Positions 42,461-53,167 of a stretch of 64,000 nucleotides of DNA are shown here, piece by piece. The notes below the pieces were generated by a model, which was not told where the DNA came from, did not search any database, and saw only the letters and a program-made list of their open reading frames with translations. The DNA lies in the NCBI RefSeq assembly GCF_902652985.1, contig NC_047024.1, forward strand, positions 29,140,001 to 29,204,000, in the 5' to 3' direction. Every line of letters starts with the position of its first letter. Positions within the stretch are counted from its first letter, which is position 1. The position numbers and the translations under genes were made by a program. This DNA comes from Pecten maximus (taxonomy: Eukaryota).

Positions 42461-42585
42461 TGGTCGGGTGGCACAGTGGTAACACACTTGCCTTTCACCA
42501 GGACGGCCATGGTTTAACTACCAGATCACGTCCTGCCAAAGTAAGACCCCTCGCGCGCTTCAATCCGGGCCAACATGCGTGATAT
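42461..42585 (+). mobile_element. Decayed tRNA-derived SINE head
   Basis: A-box-like GGTGGCACAGTGGTAACACACTTGCCTTTCACC followed by a degenerate B box. It does not fold as a complete tRNA. Confidence 0.45.
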
Positions 42586-42853
42586 ATATAAGTTGATATA
42601 AAATATCCACAAAATAAGCAGTGTGAAATAATTTTTACTCTTCATCAAGGAATGACACGACAGATCGTTGCCCTAAGCACTGATTAACATAATAACATAA
42701 TATTAAGGATTACCCCTGCGTCAATATGTCGAACACTCCAAGCTGACAATTTAAATCGAAAGTTAATTGACACGTAAAAATTGTCTTGCAGTATCAATAC
42801 TTTATTCGATATTGCCCAGCATCCAACTATTCCAGCATCCATGTATGTATATC

Positions 42854-44132
42854 TTACATAAATATAAGATAAGCGGCTAACTTGCTTGTTCCAAAAACGG
42901 CTATGAATAAAACAAAGAAAAAGACGTCGAGAAATTTCGCCACATCCTGCCAGGATGTTTCCATCTGTCCATTTTCATTGCAGTTGCATTCGGAATCCGT
43001 CATGCTTCCTGTCTCGATTCTATCTGATTCAAGAATTGTAGACACCGTTGTTTCCGAACAAATACGGTTTTGTTTACTTAGAATTGTGTTGGTGTTACTT
43101 TTCTTTTTGCGTTCGTTTTTTGTTTTAGCTTTGACACAAACTCTTTTACATATGATATATTTCAACCAAGACGGAATCTTCTCTTGCGGGGGTTTATGAT
43201 ACAGTCTTAATACTAATATAGTACAAATTGTCACAAGCATATTGGTACAGAGTTCTGCCATCAAGAGATAACATAATCGAGGGAAAGAAGGCTCACTGGT
43301 TCCAGGCAGAGTGTCCGACACGATAGTCATAAACACAGCAATAGCTAGCAAAACTGTCACGGAAAATCCAACACGTTCACCGGACTCGGCCGGAAGAAGA
43401 AACACCATGATGTTCAACAGTCCCAAAATACAGAAAGGTACGATGGTGTTAATAACTTGAAACATTGGTCGTCGTTTAAGTACCACCGTCAGTTCCAGTG
43501 TTTGGGTATCTGCTAGTGTGAAGACTCTACTTCTTGCAGATATCATCTCCCAAAGACTGTTTGGATAATAGAAATCCAAATCAATTGCAGATGAGCTCGT
43601 TTCAATAAACACATCGAATAACGTATACATGTACATGCTGAAGAAGAATGAGCATGTTTGCTGATCAAACGGATAGTATGTAATATCAGCTGGACACGTG
43701 ATTTGATATACATTTGGAGGGCCCCAGAATGTGGATCCGTCATTATCCACAGCGATCTTAAGACTGTCAAAGCCGGGAGGTTCAACATTATCAAATGGAT
43801 TCAATAGTAAGAGATCTGGTTTCCATATGGTTTTCTGTGAAACAAATATACGATCAATGCCACCAAAGTCATTAGGATTCCATTCCAGCTGACAGTCATG
43901 CCAAGTCATTACAGATATTCCATTAATGGAAAATTTGCCTGTCTTTTCTTCGAATTCCTTCATTGAGAGAATAAAAAAATCCAACATTCACTTTTGTAGG
44001 CTCCGATAGATTTAACGTAGGGCGTAATTCCGTGCTATAATTCGTCATCAAGTGTTGGTGTAGTCTTGCCAAATCCCCCTGCATTGCTCCGTATATGGTT
44101 GGCACCAAGAGAAAGAATAGCAACGACATCAT
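42854..44132 (-). pseudogene. Intronless nAChR-like subunit (gene C) with a +1 frameshift in a T7 run (pseudogene or sequencing error)
   Basis: ORF 43923-44132 carries the signal peptide and NYSTELRP; ORF 42854-43987 carries the rest. Removing one T from GGA-TTTTTTT-ATT (A run 43973-43979) restores GFFILSMKEFEEK, collinear with gene B GFYLLSLKEFEEK. Confidence 0.9.
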
Positions 44133-44669
44133 GATTACCTGTACCGTGCTGGTATGTCGGAATCAGTAGCACTACTTGCTTAAATGGAACATTATCAATC
44201 AATATAAAAACAGAGGATGTTATATCATTGGGGAAAACGTAGCAGATAACGCATTGACATTGTTAAACAGATTGAGAGAAATTGTAAAGCCTTCAGCATC
44301 AAAGAAATGAACCGCTACATAAGCATTTCCCCTGTACAAATAAATACCCTGTCGCTATGTATATATACATATATACTGAAACGAAAAAGAAACGCAACAT
44401 GGAAAATTGTGATTAATTTTGTATTAAATATACATATCTGTATAAAAATCGCGGAAATAAACATGCACCCTGCCTAACACCCATACCAATCTTCAAAATC
44501 ACCCAAGTGTGACTAGAGACCTATGCACTTCCGGCGCGGTAAAAACATCAAAAACCGTGCCTGTACAAACATATGCGTTCTTTTTTCATTCAAACCAGTA
44601 TCAATTCATCACTAACATTGAGCCACATCATCGCCAATACTTTTGCAAACAATAATTCCTTTTACAATT

Positions 44670-45551
44670 ATGCCACGGTTATCAAAGGTTGATAGAGGAC
44701 GTGCTATAGCGATGCTTCTGGCAGGGAACACGCAACTTCACGTCGCTCGACAATTCAGAGTTCACAAATCGACTATTAGTCGATTAGTTTCACGTCTTAA
44801 CGCAACAGGAAGAGTCGATGACCAGCCGAGATCAGGACGTCCACGCGTAACGTCGCGACGTCAAGACCGGGTTCTTAGGTTGGCACACCTGCGTAACAGG
44901 AGATTAACGGCCGCTGAAACGGCAAGGAATACGATTGGTAATCATAACCGTCGAATTCATCCCCAAACAGTGATCAACAGACTGTGTGAGGCTAATTTGC
45001 GTGCAAGGCGACAGTACGTTGGTTTACCACTAACACCGCAACGTCGAGCACGTCGTATGCAATGGGCAACGGCACATATGCCCAGACGTTTTCCTATGAG
45101 ACGTTGGAGGTCTATGCTCTTCACCGATGAATCTCGATTCACGTTATTTCGAGCAGATGGCCGTCAACGTGTGTACCGGCGTCGAGGCGAACGTTTTGCT
45201 GACGCCTGTGTTTTGGAACACGACCGATTTGGGGGTGGATCAGTTATGGTTTGGGCGGGAATCTCCCATGGTTTGAAGACGCCTTTGGTGATAGTCAATG
45301 GGAATTTAACGGCCGTACGCTATCGGGATGAGATCCTTAGGCCCCATGTTGTGCCGTTTGTTAGGCAGCATCATCTAACCTTTCAGCAAGATAACGCGAG
45401 ACCACACGTTGCAAGAGTCTGTAGAGACTTTCTTGCGACACAGAACATTGTTCCTATAGATTGGCCTCCATATAGCCCCGACCTGTCCCCATCAAATTGT
45501 AGGTTTAATAAAATAATACTTGTGAGCATTATGTTTAAATTTCATATGTAA
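44670..45551 (+). CDS. C-terminally truncated Tc1 transposase (lacks catalytic Glu)
   Basis: MPRLSK... with paired-like HTH, GRPR, FTDESRF, QQDNARPH and WPPYSPDLSP. It then switches at 45492 to an unrelated 19-aa tail (SNCRFNK...). Confidence 0.9.
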   Translation: MPRLSKVDRGRAIAMLLAGNTQLHVARQFRVHKSTISRLVSRLNATGRVDDQPRSGRPRVTSRRQDRVLRLAHLRNRRLTAAETARNTIGNHNRRIHPQTVINRLCEANLRARRQYVGLPLTPQRRARRMQWATAHMPRRFPMRRWRSMLFTDESRFTLFRADGRQRVYRRRGERFADACVLEHDRFGGGSVMVWAGISHGLKTPLVIVNGNLTAVRYRDEILRPHVVPFVRQHHLTFQQDNARPHVARVCRDFLATQNIVPIDWPPYSPDLSPSNCRFNKIILVSIMFKFHM

Positions 45552-45689
45552 TAGTTAATATTGAATATTGATGTAACATCCTTTAAATGTTTAGAGATTT
45601 TTAAGAACAGGTCACTTTGCTAGAAGGTCATGATTGGTAGTACCCTACGTGAATCCAAGTTGAAATGGCAGCAGTTTTGAAACCGTGCC

Positions 45690-46709
45690 CTAATATCGTG
45701 TGTGTCCTCCTCGAACAGTTATCACATCTCTAATTCTTTGTTGCATTGAGTTCATCAGGGCATTGACTTTCCGTATTGGAATGTTATTCCATTCTTGGAC
45801 GAGTACATTTGCTAACTGAGGGAGGGTATTTGGGGGGTTACGGCGATTTCGAATTCTTCTGTCTAATTCATCCCACAAATGCTCGATTGGGGACAGGTCG
45901 GGGCTATATGGAGGCCAATCTATAGGAACAATGTTCTGTGTCGCAAGAAAGTCTCTACAGACTCTTGCAACGTGTGGTCTCGCGTGATCTTGCTGAAAGG
46001 TTAGATGATGCTGCCTAACAAACGGCACAACATGGGGCCTAAGGATCTCATCCCGATAGCGTACGGCCGTTAAATTCCCATTGACTATCACCAAAGGCGT
46101 CTTCAAACCATGGGAGATTCCCGCCCAAACCATAACTGATCCACCCCCAAATCGGTCGTGTTCCAAAACACAGGCGTCAGCAAAACGTTCGCCTCGACGC
46201 CGGTACACACGTTGACGGCCATCTGCTCGAAACAACGTGAATCGAGATTCATCGGTGAAGAGCATAGACCTCCAACGTCTCATAGGAAAACGTCTGGGCA
46301 TATGTGCCGTTGCCCATTGCATACGACGTGCTCGACGTTGCGGTGTTAGTGGTAAACCAACGTACTGTCGCCTTGCACGCAAATTAGCCTCACGCAGTCT
46401 GTTGATCACTGTTTGGGGATGAATTCGACGGTTATGATTACCAATCGTATTCCTTGCCGTTTCAGCGGCCGTTAATCTCCTGTTACGCAGGTGTGCCAAC
46501 CTAAGAACCCGGTCTTGACGTCGCGACGTTACGCGTGGACGTCTTGATCTCGGCTGGTCATCGACTCTTCCTGTTGCGTTAAGACGTGAAACTAATCGAC
46601 TAATAGTCGATTTGTGAACTCTGAATTGTCGAGCGACGTGAAGTTGCGTGTTCCCTGCCAGAAGCATCGCTATAGCACGTCCTCTATCAACCTTTGATAA
46701 CCGTGGCAT
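45690..46709 (-). CDS. Full-length Tc1 transposase (339 aa from first ATG), DD34E
   Basis: FTDESRF ... QQDHARPH ... SPDLSPIEHLW, with 34 residues between the second D and the E. C-terminus RGGHTRY is typical of Tc1. Confidence 0.95.
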   Translation of the reverse strand: MPRLSKVDRGRAIAMLLAGNTQLHVARQFRVHKSTISRLVSRLNATGRVDDQPRSRRPRVTSRRQDRVLRLAHLRNRRLTAAETARNTIGNHNRRIHPQTVINRLREANLRARRQYVGLPLTPQRRARRMQWATAHMPRRFPMRRWRSMLFTDESRFTLFRADGRQRVYRRRGERFADACVLEHDRFGGGSVMVWAGISHGLKTPLVIVNGNLTAVRYRDEILRPHVVPFVRQHHLTFQQDHARPHVARVCRDFLATQNIVPIDWPPYSPDLSPIEHLWDELDRRIRNRRNPPNTLPQLANVLVQEWNNIPIRKVNALMNSMQQRIRDVITVRGGHTRY

Positions 46710-49679
46710 AATTGTAAAAGGAATTATTGTTTGCAAAAGTATTGGCGATAATGTGGCTCAATGTTAGTGATGAATTGATACTGGTTTGAATGAAAAAAGA
46801 ACGCATATGTTTGTACAGGCACGGTTTTTGATGTTTTTACCGCGCCGGAAGTGCATAGGTCTCTAGTCACACTTGGGTGATTTTGAAGATTGGTATGGGT
46901 GTTAGGCAGGGTGCATGTTTATTTCCGCGATTTTTATACAGATATGTATATTTAATACAAAATTAATCACAATTTTCCATGTTGCGTTTCTTTTTCGTTT
47001 CAGTATATAATATAGTAGAATTAACACTCAAAGTCTCCGTAAAGAGATGCTAGTACTGTCGTCGGATTATGTATTGATATGTGGTGGATTATTAACTTCT
47101 TCAAAAATGAAAAGTATTCTCCTCATTAAAATAAAAAAAATATTTGTTGTCAGACCCACCTTTCCGGTACTCTGTAAGCGAAGTTGCCGACCGCCATCTT
47201 TTTAAATACCTTATTGGTAGGATACCACAGAGTCCTAAAAGTGTTTCAGCATAAAGCACATTGAAATTATAAGATTATTTTATTCAACGTATGTATGGTT
47301 GCCATTATTCAAATTATTACTGCAGTTAAATCAATAAGATGATGACTTGTTCAATCAATCTTAATACACGACCATGCCCCATGTTTGATGACATGTAACA
47401 TACCGTCCATGGATGTGAGTATCATTGTAGCGAAATGTTCGTTATTTTTGTACCGAACATTTCATCTTTTCATTCGGATGATTTAGAAGTAGATAGTCAG
47501 CATTTTTGTGTATGACATGGACTATTTCTGTCATTATCGTTAAACCGTAAAACAGATTCCAGTAGACATATTTCGTGTTGTTCAGTTTGTGATGTACATG
47601 TATTTGTTTGAATTCTATATCTAATGGGGTTTTTTTGTTTGTTTGTTTTTGTTTTTGTTTTGTTTTTTTCGAAACCTCCATTTACTTTATGTCTCTAATA
47701 GTTTTGAGCGTTATACAATGAGTATAAAACTAAGGTTTCGAGATGTTTCCATTATGATAAGTTCATGTATTAAACGGTATTCACATTTTCTATGTTAATG
47801 ATTTTCTATATAAGCAATACACCTCTAAAAATCAGTAACGTACATTCCAAAGGGATATGTTTCACGAATGAGTATGTAACAAAATATATATACTACAATA
47901 TTAACATGAATTATTCACTTTAAGGACGGAAAATGGACAAATCTCGAGCAGAAATCCAAAATCCATATAGCGAAAGATTGAATGCAATGATGCGGAAGGG
48001 TACATTAAAAATAAGGGGATCGAAAAACTATGTTCCCCCAGACCACTTTTCTTCTGTTACGCAAATAAACGGGGCTTGAAGCAAAATGTGGCATGGAAAA
48101 GACCAAGGAAACAAAAAGAAAAAATATGAAACTGAATCGATCACTACGGAAGACGATGTTGTCAGAGGAAATAGAAACAACGCTAACATGGAAAGGGCAC
48201 CTGACCCTACAGAGCGTTTTGTACAAACGCCTTTGTAAAAGCTGGAAGACGGAAAAGGATAAGTCGGGCACTATCGAAAAATCCAAGAGAATATATGAAG
48301 CCCAAGGAAAACCAAATATAAAACGGCACAGCGGAAGTTGCAGCGGTGCAAAAGAAAACTAAATCGCCTATTACTTCTAGTAAAGTAGATACGCAACTTA
48401 GGAAAGCTTGAATCAGTAGAGAACATGGCAGGAAGGTAAGAAAGCAGCTTCTGATGTTACATGTCCTGACAAGAGAAATAAAATCAGCAAAGGAAGGGAA
48501 TAACGTGGCTAAACAAAGGATATTACTTACTGTCATTGCTGGTAAAGTTATCAAGATATACAGGTGTGCTGTAGATATGATGAAAAGAGTAAGTGAAGAC
48601 AGACGACAATAATATGCCCCTTTGCATTGGGAGTTCTGACTATCTTTATATAGGTCGATAAATAGTAAATTCGTCAAACTTCGGAATGCGTATGTGTAAT
48701 GCGATTTTGTAAGTAACAATAATAACCGTCAAGAATATGTCTATTTGGCAAAATTGACAAGGAGAAGCTGTAATTCTAATTTATGAAGAGACCCCATGTT
48801 CATATGAAAAGCTAATAATAAGCATTGCTAATTCTAAAATCATATAGCCGCAAGAAAAACAACATATAATCTGCCGTTTTTCATTTACAAAAGTCGACTT
48901 GTCCATTGTAAAAATAGGATTGCCAGGGAAATTTTCGTTGTAATGGAGAAAGGCGAAACGTGAAAATTTGCTCCGAATGGTCAAAATGTTTGAAATAACA
49001 ATGCAATATTCTGCCTCATTTATGGATGAAAAAGATAACTGAAATATCGCTGCGGTCCATGTTCTATATAAAAAATAAAGATAGTATATGGAGCGCAACA
49101 AAAATCTTTCCTTACCCGACCTACTTTCTATCGCGTCAGAATAGAGACCCCCGTGATGAGTGGCGAATCGCAATTAATTACGATTTCGATCGTTACAGAA
49201 AATGGCGGTATTTTTTATTCCCTTGCGTTCCTTATTGCTGTTAACCTTTTATTGTTTTGTTAATTGAATATTATTAGGTACCATAATCGTAATTTTTCAA
49301 ATGCTTTTATCTGTAAAATCTATTATCATAGATTTAATACCGCCTTATGTGAATCCCATCATGCTTGCTACACTATCGTTATCAGAATTGGCTTGATATT
49401 CTGTCGGAGATTAGTGTGAAGGAAGAACATATATATTCATTCTACATTACACACGTGTCCAATCGAAACTACAAACTGAGTACACAAAACTACTGTACGT
49501 GAAGAGATAAGTTGCTAATGGATTCGATAAACGTAATGGAATGGTAAACAAGTTTGTTATAGGATTTGTGAGTAATAGCCGTATTCTCTTCAGTCGAAAC
49601 ATTAAAAAGAATGTCAATCAATTTGGAAGCATAAACTGGTTGAGTGTTCTATAAATAGATTAAGGTTATCATATGGCGA

Positions 49680-50035
49680 TACCTACTTACGCATGGCCAC
49701 TGCCTCACTTTTGGCCTTCTTTTGAGCGTTCGCCTCTGTGAAGAAGATTTTGGTTCTGTCCCCTGGCCGAGACAAATTAGAGCTTATGAATATGGTATTG
49801 CTATTTCTGTTTAGTGCTCAGCATTTTAGGAGTTGGACGACTTGTTCTACCGTTGTCGGCGCAACGTCATGTTTGGCGCCTTTCGCAGTATGCTTCAGTG
49901 TAGTGGGCATCAGAAACACGATCATACACCAGCCTTCTAAAAAATATGCACATTCACCACAAGCATGAATCTAGCACACTTGGGCCGTCTTTAAATGTCC
50001 TTAGTTGATGTCTTTAATAATACAAAACGAAGAAA
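49680..50035 (+). mobile_element. Decayed SINE (Meta-SINE-like)
   Basis: CCCTGGCCGAGAC...GTGCTCAGCATTTTAGGAGTTGGACGAC...GCAGTATGCTTCAGTG. Its 5' segment (CACTGCCTCACTTTTGGCCTT) recurs reverse-complemented at ~31712 and ~34910. Confidence 0.6.
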
Positions 50036-50438
50036 CAACCTACTTGCATGGGGTCAACCTAAGGACAAATTCCGTGGAAACGTCATGTTTGGCATCTTCT
50101 CTGGGTCATTATTCTGACAGTGGATTAAGCCAGTCACCTACTGCTGCGTCAAGCAGGGTGCATTAGGTACAATGTTAATGACACTTCGTACAGAACGTAT
50201 CACTTCAAACGGATGAAAGTTCAGATTAAAAATGAGACAGTATCAAGCGAGGCTACAAGAGCGCAAAGAAATATAATCATGAGTGCAGAAAGATTTTACA
50301 TAGCTCACAGTTCTGAGTGATTTCACCGTTTTCTTTTATGCATGTGGCATTAGATAGAGCCTATGAATAAGGTCAGAAAAAAATATCGTAGAAGCCGGTT
50401 AATCACGGCCACCTGTATCTGGGTTCCATTTCTACTAT

Positions 50439-50535
50439 GCATTTTGGGAGTTGGACTGCTGGATTTGCCCGTTGTCAGTATAGTGTGACCGGGTGGAGTG
50501 TCCAGTTGGGTGTCTTTGGCAGTATGCTTCAGTAA
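50439..50535 (+). mobile_element. Decayed SINE core fragment
   Basis: GGGAGTTGGACTGCTGGATTTGCCCGTTGTCAGTATAGTGTGACCGGGTGG...GGCAGTATGCTTCAGT. Confidence 0.65.
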
Positions 50536-51871
50536 AAATCATGTTGCAGTCTTCATGTTTAGTCTTTTTCCACGTAACATTGAGTTAACGTATTACTAAA
50601 TCCGTGCAAGAGCGGGAAAAGAATATGCCTGTTGTATCTTATTCGAAGTTGTAAGAGGCAATTTATTGTGGGGCCCCCGTAAGGTTGGGATGATTTCACC
50701 TTTGTTTTATGTTCAAGGGACATTGGAGAACCCAAAAATAATGGATAATAGTGGATGTCCTCCATCGTATTCTATTTTGAAGACCGAGATAATATTTTGT
50801 CCCCATAACAACACTTGAGATCTTAAAATTATCCTTTCCTTCCTTGCTGATTCAGTTTCGCGCTATCGCAAGAGAAAAACATAAACATACTGCAGCCTCC
50901 CAAAACACACATACATACAATATACGCATCTATCTCGCATACAGAGGAGATTGTGCTTAAATGACCTTAGCTGTTGATAGTATGTTAAACAATACAAAAC
51001 CAAAGTCTCACTGCTCTGTCTACTTTTTTTGTACTCCAGGCGCTTCCTGACACCCGTTCTAATATGACCCTGGTTGTTGCGAGCAAAAAAAATCTCGTTG
51101 ACTACATGAATCAATGCACCGGCTTAAGCATGAACCATAAATCACCTGTTCCAGAAAGTGCAATTTCCACATCAATTAATTTTGCAATTCAAGATGCATA
51201 TCTTTTTCGTGTTTGGCATTGATAAGATTAAGTTATTCAATTGTTTGTTTAAGTTGGTATATAATTCGTCAAGTAATTGTATTTTTTTTTTTTTTTTTTT
51301 TACCACATCTGAAAAAAATAGTTTCTCTCTTGTGCTGAACATCTAAAACATCTTTAGTCCTGTGATAAAGGACCGGGAACCATTTGCTCTACTAGAATAT
51401 ATAAACAACGGAATTTACTTTGTACGGTACATATGTTTTGATAAGATATAGAGGACAGACTATTTGATGCATACTTTAATAGGAGTTTTAATCTAAAATC
51501 ACAATTGTTTTACTTTTTGAGCGTGATATTTTGGACAGAATGAAAAGAAAATGTGAAAAGCGAGAAATTTACGTTGTGAACCTTGGAAACCACACATTCA
51601 TAATGTTTAAGAGAACAAAATACGGGCTCGTTTTTATACCCAATGATATATCCTTTTCGGGTTCAATATAGTTTCATCTGCAGCGTTAGAAAATCGCTTG
51701 GGCATTTGTGTAGGAAGATTGACCTCTTTAAATCGATCTCCTAAAGTGAAGGCATTACCTATATAAGTCACTTCTGTCACGTGATCTTGTTTTGAACCAT
51801 ATCGATTAATATTGCTCCATTTAAACAGGTAGTGATATCGGTTCTGACATAGCTGAACGATAGAGGCGAAC

Positions 51872-53167
51872 ATGATGCCATTACTATTCATTCTCTCAGT
51901 GTCACTGACAACCATATTCGGGACAATGCATGGAAATTTAACTAAACTACATCGGCACCTGATGGCAAATTATAGTCCAGAATTCCGTCCTGCGTTAAAC
52001 CTCTCAGAACCAACAACGGTGAATATCAAGTTTTATCCATTCTCGTTGAAGGAGTTCGAAGAAAAGACCAGCAAGCTTTCTATAGTTGGAGTATTTGTAA
52101 TCGAGTGGCATGACTTTCAGTTGAAATGGAACCCGGATGAGTTTGGTGACCTAAATCGTATGCTGATTTCACAAAACACTTTATGGAAACCAGATATCTT
52201 ACTAATGAATCCGTTCGAGAAAATTGAACCTCCAGGCTTTGACAGGCTAAAGATCCTTGTTCTTAATGATGGATCCGTATCCTGGGCCCCTCCAGATGTC
52301 TTTGAGGTCTCGTGTGCAGCTGATATCACATATTATCCATTTGATCAGCATACATGTTTATTTCATTTTAGCATTTACATGTATAACATATTCGAGGTGT
52401 TGATAAAACCAGACTACTATGAGATAACTTTGGATTATTATTCACCAAACAGTCTTTGGAAAATGAAATTTGCAAGTAGTCGTGTACTCACACACACTGA
52501 CTCCCAGATACTGGTACTGAAGATGATTTTCCAGCGACGACCAATGTTTCAAGTTATCAATACAATATTACCGTTCTGTTTTTTGGGGTTTTTGAATATC
52601 ATGGTATTTCTTCTTCCGACTGAGTCCGGTGAACGTGTTGGATTTTCCGTTACCGTTCTGCTAGCTATTGCTGTGTTTATGACTATCGTGGCTGACACTC
52701 TGCCTGGAACCAGTGAGCCTTCATTCCCTCGATTGTGTTATCTTTTGGTGGCAGAGCTTGGTATCAATATGCTTGTGACGATTTGTACTATATTAGTGTT
52801 AAGACTGCATCATAAACCCCAGCACCAGAAGATTCCATCTTGGTTGGCGTACATTATAGGTAAAAGTGTTCGTTGTAACGCTAAAATGGGAAAAGGACAC
52901 AAACTAGATCTCATAAATGAAAGCAGCATTTGTCTTGAAACCACCGTGTCAACGATTTCAGAATCGGGAAAAGGAAACAAAAAGGACCTCGAATTGAACA
53001 TCGATTTAACTCCCAGTGGAAACGGTGTGACACAAACTCAAAGAAAACATGTTTGCTGCAAAACGTCATGGCAGGATGTCGCAAAATTTCTCGATTTATT
53101 TTTCTTTATTTTGTTCATGATATTTTTCGGAACAAGCAAGATAGCCGCGTATTTTGCATTTGCATAA
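51872..53167 (+). CDS. Intronless nAChR-like Cys-loop receptor subunit (gene D), 431 aa, intact
   Basis: Signal peptide, WKPDILLMNP, Cys-loop CAADITYYPFDQHTC, ESGERVGFSVTVLLA, four TM helices. Confidence 0.96.
   Translation: MMPLLFILSVSLTTIFGTMHGNLTKLHRHLMANYSPEFRPALNLSEPTTVNIKFYPFSLKEFEEKTSKLSIVGVFVIEWHDFQLKWNPDEFGDLNRMLISQNTLWKPDILLMNPFEKIEPPGFDRLKILVLNDGSVSWAPPDVFEVSCAADITYYPFDQHTCLFHFSIYMYNIFEVLIKPDYYEITLDYYSPNSLWKMKFASSRVLTHTDSQILVLKMIFQRRPMFQVINTILPFCFLGFLNIMVFLLPTESGERVGFSVTVLLAIAVFMTIVADTLPGTSEPSFPRLCYLLVAELGINMLVTICTILVLRLHHKPQHQKIPSWLAYIIGKSVRCNAKMGKGHKLDLINESSICLETTVSTISESGKGNKKDLELNIDLTPSGNGVTQTQRKHVCCKTSWQDVAKFLDLFFFILFMIFFGTSKIAAYFAFA

Larger units (their letters stand above)
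44374..47005. mobile_element. Fold-back Tc1 (DD34E) element made of two inverted left ends, TA target site
   Basis: Arms 44374-45491 and 45888-47005 (1118 bp each) are near-perfect reverse complements around a 396-bp spacer. Ends TA|TACTGAAACGAAAAAGAAACGCAAC and GTTGCGTTTCTTTTTCGTTTCAGTA|TA (boundary +/-2). No internal copy of the TIR. Confidence 0.95.

Noticed and set aside
44374-47005. Two independent Tc1 insertions, or a composite transposon carrying cargo
   Set aside because: There is no internal TIR or TSD, and the spacer is only the element's own 3' region, so a single fold-back rearrangement fits better.
47930-48720. Lys-rich ORF 48093-48362 and 170-aa antisense ORF
   Set aside because: No recognisable motifs and several stops. 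It may be a decayed transposon, but I cannot support a call.
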